From assembly GCA_002633005.1 (NCBI GenBank), contig NMRA01000564.1:22076-86075 (forward strand): a stretch of DNA of 64,000 nt, read 5' to 3'. Below are positions 52,085 to 64,000 of the stretch, in pieces. Both the position numbers and the translations under genes were made by a program. The stretch is from Phoronis australis. Its lineage: Eukaryota > Animalia > Phoronida. Position 1 is the stretch's first letter; every line of letters begins with the position of its first letter. Under the pieces are notes generated by a model, which was given only the letters and a program-made list of their open reading frames with translations, had not been told where the DNA came from and made no database searches.

Positions 52085-52400
52085 AATGCAACGTTTCGTC
52101 TTTTCATTAGACATCATCAGGATCATATTTACAACAATTTAGGACAACAAGTGTCAACATACATCTCAGGTAACATCCATAAATGGAAGTGAGAGATACA
52201 GGCAATATAGTTAGTAGCTGGTCATCACCATTGTTGCAGGGTCACTGACCTCTGCATGTTATTCAGAGAATCAGTGGCATGCTGGTTCTGAATGGCCAAT
52301 TGCTCTTTAATGTACAATAACTCCTTATTGGGCTCTCTGCAGATGTTACTGTGGCCAAAAACTGATTTAATTTGATATTACAAGTCTATAAGACACCTTG
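52085..52400 (-). mobile_element. Penelope-like 3' fragment: GIY-YIG tail + hammerhead-like motif
   Basis: ICREPNKELLYIKEQLAI..SLN followed by CTGATGA-T-GTCT..AGAC-GAAAC at 52120-52092. Confidence 0.5.
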
Positions 52401-53639
52401 GCAAGTTGAAAAAACGAATGTGATGGGAACGGTTATGAATATTTTGTTAAAGTCATACAAAAACGACGTAGTATAAAGAAATTCAGGTGGTACATAACTA
52501 CTTTTTGTAAAACGAGGCGTTTCGTGAATCGAACGTGCATAAAAATTTTGAAAATTGATTCGCTGTAGTACAAATTTTTGTCAAAATATGAGTCGGTAAT
52601 TACTGTGTCGGCAATTAATTCAAAGTAATGCAATGTTTCGGGCGATTTGAATGCACGCACAGTAGACATGGACGAGTTTATTAGTTCTGACGACGATGTT
52701 CACTTCAGTGAAATGAGTTTGACCTCCTGGGGGTATGAACGCGATATTGCACAAAACGCCTGTTGTGGAGACGGCAATTACAACCAGCACATACTTTAGA
52801 ATTGTTGTTTTTATGCAAATCACCACTGTTACGTATGGTCAATGAAAGGGCTGGTAAAGATGAGCGTTCCAGGTTGCACAACATGTATAGTTAAAAATGA
52901 CCGGAGCGTTGGTAGATTACGTCACTTGACGGGCCTGATCTCATGCTATCATCGTTTACTAATTTTGACGGTGAGGAACAGGTAGATTCGGATCGTTGCT
53001 CTCTTCAATTTAAGTTAGATAATGCTATTCGAAATACAGACGGTAACAGAATTGACTCCGCTTCCAACAAAATATAAAAAGGTTAAACTGAGGTGATAAT
53101 CATAGAGTACAATGTCATGCAATTGAGTTTTGTCGGACTCCGCATATAGACCAAGCACCGAATAACAAAACATAACGAACAAACTGTGTTTTCTGTGTTC
53201 CCTACATGATAATCAAAATTAAAAGACATCAGACTGGTCGACTTAGGAAGTTTCCAAACAGAGCCACGAATACAGATAGCTGAAAAGTGGGTGCATTTTG
53301 AGTTTTGTGTCAGTGAGCAACCAGGGTTGCGTTCAGTTTTCGCAAGAAACCCGCAAAAACGTAAGGTCGCGCAAAATTTGACAAAAAATTATACACCAAA
53401 CATTACAACTGAAACACGTGATTGGTCACACTAGCTGATTTCTTATAATGCCTCACCCTGGCACTCTGACACGGTTACGAGACTCCAACTCTTCCGCCCA
53501 GGTCACGTGTACTTGACCTGGTTTGTTTTTACAACAGTGCTTATCGGTTCATGATTAATTATCAATTTTTGCACCATATCCGAAAGACATGCATATGTAC
53601 TGACATTCGAGTACCTAGGTGGTGTTGTACTTAAAAGGC

Positions 53640-53840
53640 AACTATATGTTGAATCTACTATCGGCCGACTGGTGTATCCGGGTTTTTAGTCATGGACAGT
53701 TCAAGATTTGGTTGTTCATGCAGTAGTTCTTTGTTGATTTCATAGTTGTGGGTCGTGCTAGACTCTTCGAATTCGTCGGTGGAGTTTATGGTAGTCTCTC
53801 TTTAGGTTTTTCTCTTGTCATGATATTTTTTACCATTACT
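53640..53840 (-). mobile_element. Possible Penelope RT remnant
   Basis: KPGYTSRPIVDSTYS resembles the PLE RT motif HKxxxPxRPIVS; heavily degenerate. Confidence 0.35.
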
Positions 53841-56207
53841 AATTGGATTGGTGACTGAGAAAACGACATTGCATTGATTGTTGCTGTTTAATAAGCGCTA
53901 CAAGGAACTCAATTCACGTCTGAAATTAAACGAATATAGGTTTGTACCTAACTTGTGCTTATAGATGTCATCGGACAGCTAAGCATGAGATGACTTACGT
54001 TTAATATGTTAACGAACACTTCCAGGGCTGTTGACAATTCGCTCCCGCTTTTATTTTTCGCTTCGTTGATTTAGGAATATAAGAGCCATGTTGAAAGATA
54101 TGTCATCACAGCATGTGCTCTCCGCGGTTTGATAACTCGTTATCCTTTCTGTGGGCATCTCCAGATCATACCTACAGCAACTGTTACGGCTTATAGACAT
54201 CACTGAGAACATACGTTTGAAAAACGTAGTGACCGAGGGGATATGGACTTGGTGTGATTTACAGTTATGAAGACAGAGACAAGGCAGCGAAAGTAGGAAA
54301 TTGTGTGTGGTTTGTAACATTTCATGCGAACTTACACATGGCTGAAGGGTGCCGTGTTAACTTAACACCTACAGCAGATATTCAGTGCTGTTATAATACG
54401 TCTAGTTTCTGGTCATACATTTTTCCAAGCCATCGTCGAATGAGACCGTAATTCTACTTCCAACCAACTAATTATACTTTTATTTATTGTAGCATTTATG
54501 ATACGGGGATTGACGAGGAAACGTAACAAACACAAAATCGAAGCCGTAGCCTTAGAAGGCTGTCTCATCCAACAATAATCACAATGAAACTACGTTTTTT
54601 GCCGTAAAACCGAATCTATTCCTTTAAATTTTCGTGTTCACTACAAGCAGAAACAAGCTGATTTTGATCTTCAACCTAAGTGATCAATACGAATTTTACG
54701 CATTTCATCGACCTGTGCCACATTGAATCTATCCGCCCCCCTTTCCAAAGGCAGAGTATCAGACTCTAACTAAGTCAAGATAGGTCCGTGAGTGGAGAGC
54801 AAAACAAAATAATCGTCAAGTTTGTTCGCTTTATCAATTGCGCTTGATTTAAATATGGGAAAATTTACTTCATAGAAAATTCACCATTAATACAGAAAAA
54901 GCAACAAAGTAACGTTTACATACATGTAGTGTTATTCCGACACTCACCTTGTTCTTCTGATACCAAAATTTAACTGTGGAGAAATGGATGCGTGTCATAA
55001 CATGCAATCGTCTCGTTTAATCAGTTCGAATGGTTCGCTTCGTCCAAAGTGTGCTCGGTAGGGACGCAAAACGTTTATCTTAACTAACTGCAATACCTCA
55101 ATATCTGTTGTGTGGCACGGGAACTGGACTGAAAATTACAATATTAAACTTACACTTGTGTAAATGTATTACGATTTACGTTGAGCCCTGGCACATGGAT
55201 CCAGTTAGTTGTGTTAACTCGTGTTGTTTGATAAGATAGGCAAAGATTAATATTACGATTATTAATTGGACTGCGTTTATTCAGCCTGTTGACATTTTTG
55301 GACAGAAGTTGACAACAGTTCTGTAAAGTAATGATTCGGCTTTTTGTCGATTATGGATTTTATTGGCCGCGCGTAAACAGAGTATGACACCCAGTGTATT
55401 TCTAAACCAATCGGAATGTTCTCGTTCGAATAACGAGCTCCTGACAGGCTTCAGAACAGAGTACAAACTGGCACAGATTTCGGGTTGTATAAAACTTCAA
55501 GTAGTAGTAATGGTAAAAAACGCGTGATAAGACCTTAATCATAGAAACCACGAGCTTCGGAAATAGGGTGATCAGGGTCCCCGGCATAACATAATTTTCC
55601 AGTGCCTGCGTTAGAAACGATGACACACGCTCACTCGATATTCCAGCCAAAATACCTAAACCACTGGCAAGCTGAACTTTTCTGTCTTTATTCGACACAC
55701 ACAAAGTAACAACAAAATCGTCACCGCGAGAAAACAGCAGATGAACACAATCCCGAAAAATTGTGCACTCATTTCAAAAATGTGTTCAACGGCATTTTAC
55801 TACGGTGAAAAATCAGTGTTAGGGACAGCAAACGCGTGTTGGTGTTTGGGTGGAAACGACTTTTTGAAGATATTGGCTTTGATTAATATAAAATGGCAAA
55901 ATCAGTCGTGTTTTTGTGATATCCTTCGAAATAGTCGAACTCACAAATTTAGTGGCCTAGTATGTGTAAGTTAACTGAAATCGAGGCGGTGACCTCAGGT
56001 TTTTGCTGGGCATTGAAAATGGCTATCGCTGGTCGAATAGACCTGCAACCCAGACGTGCTCTCAGCACTGATCGAGACCTAGTTTCTTGTGAGAAAAGTC
56101 AGAACTCGCAAGACCTCGGTGAGATATCGCTGCATTGTGTATTGCAAACGATATACTAGTTCCCTATGCGAGTTCCTTGCGTCTACAAAACTACCCAGGT
56201 TAAACCG

Positions 56208-56356
56208 GGTGTGCGTTCAGTAGACGGTAGGACCTACGCTAGGACCTAACTAATGCCTAGTCAAAGTCACGTGTTTTCATTTAAAATACACGGCAATTTC
56301 TCACGCAATCTCGCGAAGTCTTGCTTTTTAGCGAGGTCCTAGCGTTACTGAACGGG
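56208..56356. mobile_element. Small MITE-like inverted repeat
   Basis: cgttcagta..cgctaggacct versus aggtcctagcgttactgaacg. Confidence 0.45.
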
Positions 56357-57610
56357 AGGCGGGCTTCTTACACAAATCGACCTCGTAGCGAAAGAGTAAA
56401 GGAAACAACAGGAAAGGGCACACACCTGAAACCCTACACCCGTTCACTGTATAAACCTGGCATGAATTTATATTTTACCCGTAGTCTACCGCTCAACTCA
56501 TTGTTCACCTGAGCCATGACTCGGGTGGTGCGGTATACTGGCCTTTCCAGAGACTGGGCGTAAAAAAGCCGTGCACTAATCTCTAAAGCGCATGAGAAAC
56601 GGAGGCGAAAACCGAAGCTCTCGGATACGGAACTTGGCGTTGGACTGCCGCGCGAGACCAGTTAATAGAGAGTGCGACGTTCCGTTAACTTATACTTTTG
56701 TTTATACTTTTAAAGATGTATTTGCATGCTCCTAACAATGATAATGTTTAGCAGGAACTAACCGATAATGCTATTTAAACATTATCTACGCTAAACAAAA
56801 TGCAGTTGTATTCATTGACAACTTGTAAGTGTGACAACAAAAATTTCCACAAATAAGTGACCTTTACAATAAAAAGTATCTTGGGGGCTTGCATAACCTC
56901 ACCATGCAGTGTTATTCCGTAACACTGCGTCACGATAACGAAACTCGTTTTTAAAAACAATTGGCAATTTTCAATCTACTTCATAATCACGTCATCGCTA
57001 TATGTTGTGTTTCTAACTAATATGATCAAGCAATCACAGAGTTAAGGAACTCGTGTACAAGTTTCACCTTAAGTTGCATGTAAAAGTATCAGCTATCTTC
57101 AAAATGTGTGCGAGATTTGAACTTACTTTAAATACTACTTTTCCTAAGCGTAAGTTGAAAACTTGTATTTTATTTTATTAATTTGAGTAATACTTAGTCG
57201 TTTGAGTGCCTCACATAGGGTGACATGTGGTATAAATCAGAGCTTGAAGTCCACCCATTACATCATTTGGAGGGAAACTTGTAAATAATTTGTGCATACA
57301 AAGTACTTATTTAGTTAGATTTTATGGTATTCCTTTCATATTAGCAAGTGAAACATCAAAAACTAAGAAAATGCGTGGTGGGAACTCTTTAAGCTTGTAG
57401 TACGACAATAACGCGATTTTAGTCTGACAGTTCATAATTCAATGGCACACGTTCTTCTCTCGGACGCGGCAAAAGGTACTGCATTGGAACTCTTGCCGGT
57501 GCACATTATAGCGAACATTAAAAACTATGTTTTTCCCTTCATTGCTGTCACTTATATACTCCTACCATTAGAACAAAAACATCTGGCGCGTCGTGGGACA
57601 TGTACAGCAC

Positions 57611-58915
57611 TTAAAGGAGAATGCCACACGATTTAATTAGTCTTTTTTATCGTGTTAATCGGTCTATATCCACATCACCTCGTATACGGTCGATCTTACC
57701 TCGCCGAGAGGTGTCGCGTTAACCTATGAGGAAAGTGAGAAATGACGCAGCGAAGTCAGTGCTTCTTCTCAAGAGCTCGGGAGTGCCACTATGGTGTGGT
57801 GTATCGTTCCCTCTTGTACGAACTATGAAGCTGCAAGGAAAGTGGGTATATCATTTTTTCGATTTCTTCGAGAGCCCATAATGCTTTGGAAGTGGCTCGC
57901 GGTAGTGGAGAATGAAAAGTACACGTCGTTAATACCAAGTATGAGGCCGTGAAACTTCGCCGTGCCTGTCAGTGGCCTGCATTTCGTCGGATCGGTTGTT
58001 GATCAGTTTTTGATTATCAGAATTGTAGTTGGCCATGAAAACATTAAACAATTACAATTAATTCGAGGCGTGAGAACATCACGTTTTATATGACCTGTTT
58101 TGATGACTGGCTCGTTCGTGAGGCTTCTGTTTGGTCCTCTGGGTGTAGGATGTTTTCGACAGTTCTTTTTCTCAGCCCTCTAAACAACGTCGTAAGCACA
58201 CCTCTGCTTAGATGCGGTGCAAAATTAGGATGGTCCGTGAGACATATTTGCACTTCTCCAAGAAGGCGTTTCACGTGCGAAATTTCGTGGCAGCAAACGC
58301 AAGCGTCAGTCGTTTCCATTATCGTGCAGTTAGCTCCGCACAGACACTATGAGAATTCATTCAAACGGTTTTCAGAACTATTCATATGTTCCGTTGTCTG
58401 TGCACATTCACGGAGCCTGTGGAACCTAGCGATCGACCTGTGAAGTTTTCGTCGGATGAGCAATCGCCTAAGTCGGGATTGCGAGTTGCCACGCTAACGT
58501 TTATTATTGTGCGCTCTGTTTCAAAATGAATTATTCTCACCCTAACCAATGCTTACACAAAACTGGAACAAAGTCTGTCTCATTAGATACAATTTGTAAT
58601 CCCTTGCAGTGTTCGTGAGTGCAAATGTTTTGAGAAGCCAGCAATGATTAAATCACAGCGTTACCGGGTTTAGATGCAATAAACCAATTGACCGGAGACC
58701 GAGGCCGTGTGAGCTCATGCTAATTCAGTGTTTGCTGACAGAAAGCTGTTGTGAAACAATAACTCGACTTTATATCCCATGGTCAGATGTTAGGGGATTC
58801 TTTATTTAGATATTCATATACATAATTGAAATCTTTGTTACTGGACAACTTTTGCACTGACGGTTCTGTGGAAGGGTAACCTGACTTCGCAGCCCCCCTC
58901 CCCCCCCCCGACTAA
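57611..58915 (+). mobile_element. Kolobok-like deletion derivative K2: THAP remnant (+) converging on a P2X7-ballast-like/KolX remnant (-)
   Basis: TTAA|AGGAGAATGCCAC terminus; MVWCIVPSCTNY..GISFFRF..KWL..GLHF at ~57791-57990; NRLNEFS*CLCGANCTIMETTDACVCCHEI..CLTDHPNF on the minus strand at ~58220-58370. Confidence 0.78.
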
Positions 58916-60296
58916 CGTGCTAGTCAGAGGTAAGTTCGTGATGTCTTCAGTCCCACTGCGATGGACCTGATCGGGTTCGAGCCACTGGCCGGGATAGCAA
59001 GCGATTTGTGTGTTTAGAACTGAAAAAAATCGCAAGTCTAAAATCACAACACACAGCTATGTTCTCCTGTCTGTATTTCATGGAAGAAATATTTGAATTT
59101 ATCACCGAACGGACTCCAAAACTCCCGCGATCGACTTTGGTAACATGGCCCTACCGAACTTTGTAGGCTACGGTACGTTGAAATACCAAAAAAATCCTTA
59201 ACAGCGAAATAGAACAACACGTTTGTTCAGCAACTCGATGTATTTGTAAGGGTTTTACATCGAATTTGATGATTTATTGGTGTAAAACGATGAATTCAAG
59301 TGATAAGCTTACACCAGTAAGCATGTTGTGAACTGCTGAACAGACTGCATTCGAACCGCTGACGTCATTGGTTAATTTCAACACCTCCGTCTACCGTCAG
59401 GTGTCAGATAAAAGAGCTGAACTGCTATTATGGAGTAGAACTACTCGATCGAAATTGATACAAACTAGGTTGTTTTTAGGGTGGTATTCTCTTTTAACTG
59501 ACGTGTGTTGCTGCAGTGCACTCATTATTTTTGTGCCTTGCAAAGACTGCGGTACGAACGCATCGTTGGACAATGAAAATCGATCATGGTTAATTCCCTA
59601 CATGTATATGCACAAACTTATTGTTAATTCGACGAAAACTGCAAATCTGGCAGATCACGGAGGGGAACTACTCTGATTCAACCGTGAATTAGTATTTAAG
59701 AAAACAGTGTTGCGAAAAATACATGTAACAGCTTTAGAAAGTCTTTAATAAATTAATGTACAAGGTTTCAGCAAATGCCAATCGATAATGTTTGGGAAAC
59801 CGGTGACAAACAAACCCGGTTTGTAGCAAAAACACGGGACGATGGCGACATGAACAGTCCGCGCTATTAGCAAATCTGGTGGTGAAATAACATGTCTTAC
59901 ACATATATTGTTCAGACCATAGACATCACAATATAACAAGGCCAGTCTGAGGTTGGGAGCCTCAGATCTAGTCTTCACAACTCAATAATCAATAAATATA
60001 TCTAACTGCAACATATAAGGAGTTAATTTAACTGTTTGTATGAAATGAAAATAAGCATGTAAACAGTCCACATTCACAAACCTATACAGAAGGAAATCAA
60101 TATTAATCTCATTTTTGTTTATTGTATGTTGAGTCAGACCTCATGTGAAAGTTGACATTCCAGTTGTTGTAATTGAATGTATCGTTAGTTTTTAATTAAC
60201 TGGCTAAGTTTTTGCTCATGCAAAACGATATGATTTTTAGATGTTGAATTGTAATCTTCTGTGAGTCAAACACTTTAAAGAACACCACCCCATCCC

Positions 60297-60406
60297 TGCG
60301 TGCGTTCGTGCGCCTGTGCGTATGCGCGTGCATGCGTGTGTCTGTGTGTATGTGCGTGCGTGCGTTCGTGCTTGCTTACTTGCCCGCCTAAGTGCCCGCG
60401 TGCGTG
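60297..60406. repeat. Degenerate (TGCG)n/(TG)n microsatellite
   Basis: tgcgtgcgttcgtgcgcctgtgcgtatgcgcgtg... Confidence 0.8.
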
Positions 60407-60801
60407 ATTATATGCTTTCTCTGTTCCTGTGTAAGTGGCCGGTGGCCTGTTTACAAGGAGTATAAATTTGTCATTACCGAAGCTGAAATGTTAACTTTTT
60501 TGTTACACTACTTGTGCAGATGAGAGTCTCAAGAGAATCTGGATACAACAAACATATGGCTTGGAAGTAAAATTGTCTGTGAAAATTGATTCAATATGAA
60601 AAAGTATGTCTTTTGAATTTTTGTTAGTAGATTTCTGCACTCAATTTATCTGGCAGGGGCGCGATGGCAAAATTAAAATGAATGCGGCATGTTTAGGATA
60701 AGATAAGGGGGAGGTTCAAATGGTTAATATTTCTAGTGAGCCTTTAAAGTCATCTTGACCCGTAGATATCTTGGCAGTCTCGTATCTAAACGTGTCCTGT
60801 T

Positions 60802-61076
60802 CATGCGTGTACCCAGCCTAAAAAAGAGGGGCTCGAATTTTTGAGAATGTGGACCTTTTACTAAGTTTCACGGGGAACTTTCAGAGCTATGAATTGTGCA
60901 TACGCCAAATTTTGGTAGTCCCTGCTTTTCAGTGGACTTTTGTCTCGCTTTCTACCTTTTTGGAGTTGTTGTTTCTCCGAGGCGGACCTTTTTGCCCACT
61001 TCGACAAATTGGGGGAGAGCTCGTTCGAGCACCCCGAGCCCCCCCCCCCCCCTCCCACTCACTGGGTGCGCGCATG
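60802..61076. mobile_element. CATG..CATG MITE with 5-bp TSD CTGTT
   Basis: CATGCGTGTACCCAG..CTGGGTGCGCGCATG flanked by CTGTT on both sides. Confidence 0.75.
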
Positions 61077-64000
61077 CTGTTACTTTAGTCACTTCATCCG
61101 TGTTTAAAAAGTTTGCCTCTTTCAGAAAGGATAATGTGACAACTCGTTTCTGCACGACGTATCCAGGAGCACGATGACAGTTTATGACAAATTTATTTTT
61201 CATTAGTAAAGAGGACCCTGTATCAGGCATTGTTACTTTACCGAATAGTGACTCGGAGATCAAAGGTAAAAGTATTTTATAAGCTATTGTAAAGTGATAT
61301 TAGATGTATTAGAGATTAATACACTTGTGATGAGAATGTTATATATTTATGCTATACGGTATGCGTATACCTAGTGCATGATGTGAAAACCAATTCTATA
61401 AAATACAATTGTGCTTGCCGCTTCTTTTCTTAGAAGTCTATTTCAAAGTATTACGGTAAGACATGTTATGTAACTAGTTTTATGACGGTAAAGGACCTGG
61501 TTCTGGTCGATTTTTATGTCTTATTTTCACAACCGGGTATAGCTCAAACTAGGCGACTACAAAGTTAATGTAATAATCCAACCATAAACACATTGTTAGA
61601 TAAGTGTATGTGCCGATTTGAACCCTACATATATTTTTGGACTTGTGAATATTAGGCCATGTCATGCAACCACGCAACTCTGGTGCTATGTCTACTTTAT
61701 GCATACGTAGTTCGAGTGGTGTCGATAAGCTTTCATACAACACTATAATAAGACCAAAACGCATATTTGGGTCTGTTTTTTTCGGGGGGAATCGAGATGG
61801 CAGTGTGGTATTTTTTAATTGCTCATTTTTCAAAAAATCCACCAGAGAGCAAAAATGATGCAGAATTTGTTTCTTTGTTCAGCGCTTGTGACATCCAGGA
61901 GTTTCAATATTTGCTTATCCTTGCTAACGTGCCTTTTCTGCGGCTGTATATCACGATAGTGGGCTTATTTTAAGTCTGTGAGTGCAGGTCTCAAAATAAG
62001 CCGGGCACAGATCAGAACAAACTTCGCTTTTTGGTCTTTCATAGTCTTTTTAAACTGTTGTTTCATCTGCTTTTGTAAAGTGACTGCTGAAATATATCCC
62101 GTCTTTATCTCTGTCATTACATAAAGTCGGTACTTCTGAACTGATCTCGAATACATCACTTTATCAAAGAATCACAGTTTTTAAATAGAACGATCATGAA
62201 ACCGGTTAGATTTCAAGATAAAATAATGCCTCTGTCCCACTATTGTCAAGAAAAGTTTGGTATAATTAAATAATTTAAACGAGATTTTCAACATTATCTA
62301 AGTGTGACGGGAGCGCCGTCTATTGATGGAGTCGTGAGTAAAGACGTGTCGTCAGTTAAGACCAGAAGCCGAGTGGGTTATTATATTTTAAAGAGGTGTA
62401 AGATGGTCAATTCCTTATTATGGAACGAAATTTTTAGCTGCATTTTGATTGGTTTTTACACTTAACTTGAGACCCCTATTTTAGCGTAATTTGGAACACT
62501 CGCGGTGCGAATACGCCTATAAAAATGGGCCTCTCACGCTAAAACTTCGGATTCTACAGGGTCTCGCTTCTATCTGGTAAGAATCTCAACTTTTTAACTC
62601 TATCGGGTCTCGTTACTATCCGGTTAGAGCCTCAACTTCTCAACTTTTAGCTTTTACTTTAATTTACAAATTTTTCATTACTCAACTTTAGGTACTGACT
62701 TAGGCGATTTGGGAACCTTTCCAAACCTATTGAGGGTACAATGACGACGGGAGCTAATGATCTGTTGTAAGTTTGTATAGCTTTGTATTTTATATTTAGC
62801 GCATAATAAACTCAGTATATTTATCTACTTTTCTTTTGTTTCTCTCTCTATAAGTTGTCACCATGGTTCTCTCGTATGCGATTCAAACGAGTGAAAAAGT
62901 ACACAACGCTGCAAATATTTTTATCGGTTACGAACAGTCGACATTATTTTTAGATACCAAGTAGATCGGTACTGGTCACTCCGCCGATTTCCGTTACAGA
63001 AGGAAAAGAATGGTATGGCTTTCATGTTTTCAACATTACAGGAACTCTTCAAATATTTGGAAAATATGACAACTTGACAAGATTTTAAGAGTGAAGTACG
63101 GCTCACAGCAGGCAAAAATGCCCAGAGGGGTGATAAACCCAATGTCACCGATTTTAACCATACTATGCATTTTAGTTACCTTTGGGATGATAAACAAAAC
63201 AGTAAAGTCCAATCTCATTTTACCTTGTTTAAGGGGGAGAAATCAGGGAGCCTCTATTTTGGGGGTATGCCATGTAATGAACTCGCCGAAAATGCCTTAT
63301 TTGCACTGCACATTAAAAAGTATCGGGGCACAAGATCATTATTTGTTTGTAATTTTTAAATAAAGCAAGTCTTCGGCTTTACAAAGATGTTAAACAATAC
63401 TCATTAACTCTGCCGCTAAGTTAAAAATTTCAGGCATAATGTATAGAGGGGTCAGAGGTTAACATAGCATTGCAATTTCGCTACATTTTGAGCCCGTATA
63501 TCTCAGCTGGCACAACACTGATCAACACCAAACTTTTACACAAGACGTTTCTATCTTATTGCTGTTGGTTAATACAATAAAATTTTCTGGCGCTGAGCAT
63601 TTTTCTATACAAATTGCAAGATTGCGACAACCACCTGAGAGGAAATTACCTTCAATACCGATACCTGCTTGGAACATTACAACACCAGTAAAGTGCATAG
63701 TTTTGATTCAAAAGTTGATTTATTAATATTTAGTTAAGTTTCATTAAGTCAGGCGCAATTGTTTAAGGTATTTTTCCTTTTTAACTAAAAATCCGCGTTT
63801 TTCGTGAACCCAGTATCCAACAACAGGTGTCACTTTACTAGTGGTGGCAAAATGGTTGATCCTGACTTGCTGTGTTATCTGCTAGTATCATGGAGTGTGA
63901 TGAAGTGTATGGAACCTCAAAAGAATGTACTCTGCACATGTGTGAAATCTTGATGCGGCATAAAGTGAGTACCAAACCACCGCACCTACAGACTGTGCGG

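Noticed and set aside
58915-58995. tRNA gene or SINE head (TAGTCAGAGG..GGTTCGAGCC)
   Set aside because: A- and B-box-like motifs are present, but I could not build a cloverleaf and saw no second copy in the window.

Overview
This is AT-rich animal genomic DNA, probably from an invertebrate; the species cannot be determined from the sequence. Two spliced genes lie tail-to-tail. (1) Plus strand, <1261-19346, 5' end outside the window: a type I membrane receptor with at least six phase-1/1 Ig-like exons and one TSP1 exon, then a single 8.15-kb terminal exon. That exon encodes a transmembrane helix and a ~2690-aa cytoplasmic tail made of ~35 copies of an unfamiliar ~60-65-aa two-helix repeat (AG[IL]ELLKRxG[IV]DL ... 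LxxhG[IV]DL), interrupted by an acidic Ser/Glu spacer. This is the most novel object in the window. (2) Minus strand, 46995-19834: a complete 28-coding-exon ABCB1/P-glycoprotein-type full transporter (~1430 aa by my hand assembly) with an extended N-terminus, an extended linker and one apparent GC-AG intron. Introns and the 47-64 kb region contain many transposon remnants: TTAA-flanked Kolobok-like MITEs, THAP plus P2X7-ballast-like (KolX) deletion derivatives, CA..TG MITEs with 5-bp target duplications, Penelope fragments, a foldback element, and mini- and microsatellites. Exon boundaries were read by eye from GT/AG signals and frame continuity, and no database searches were run.
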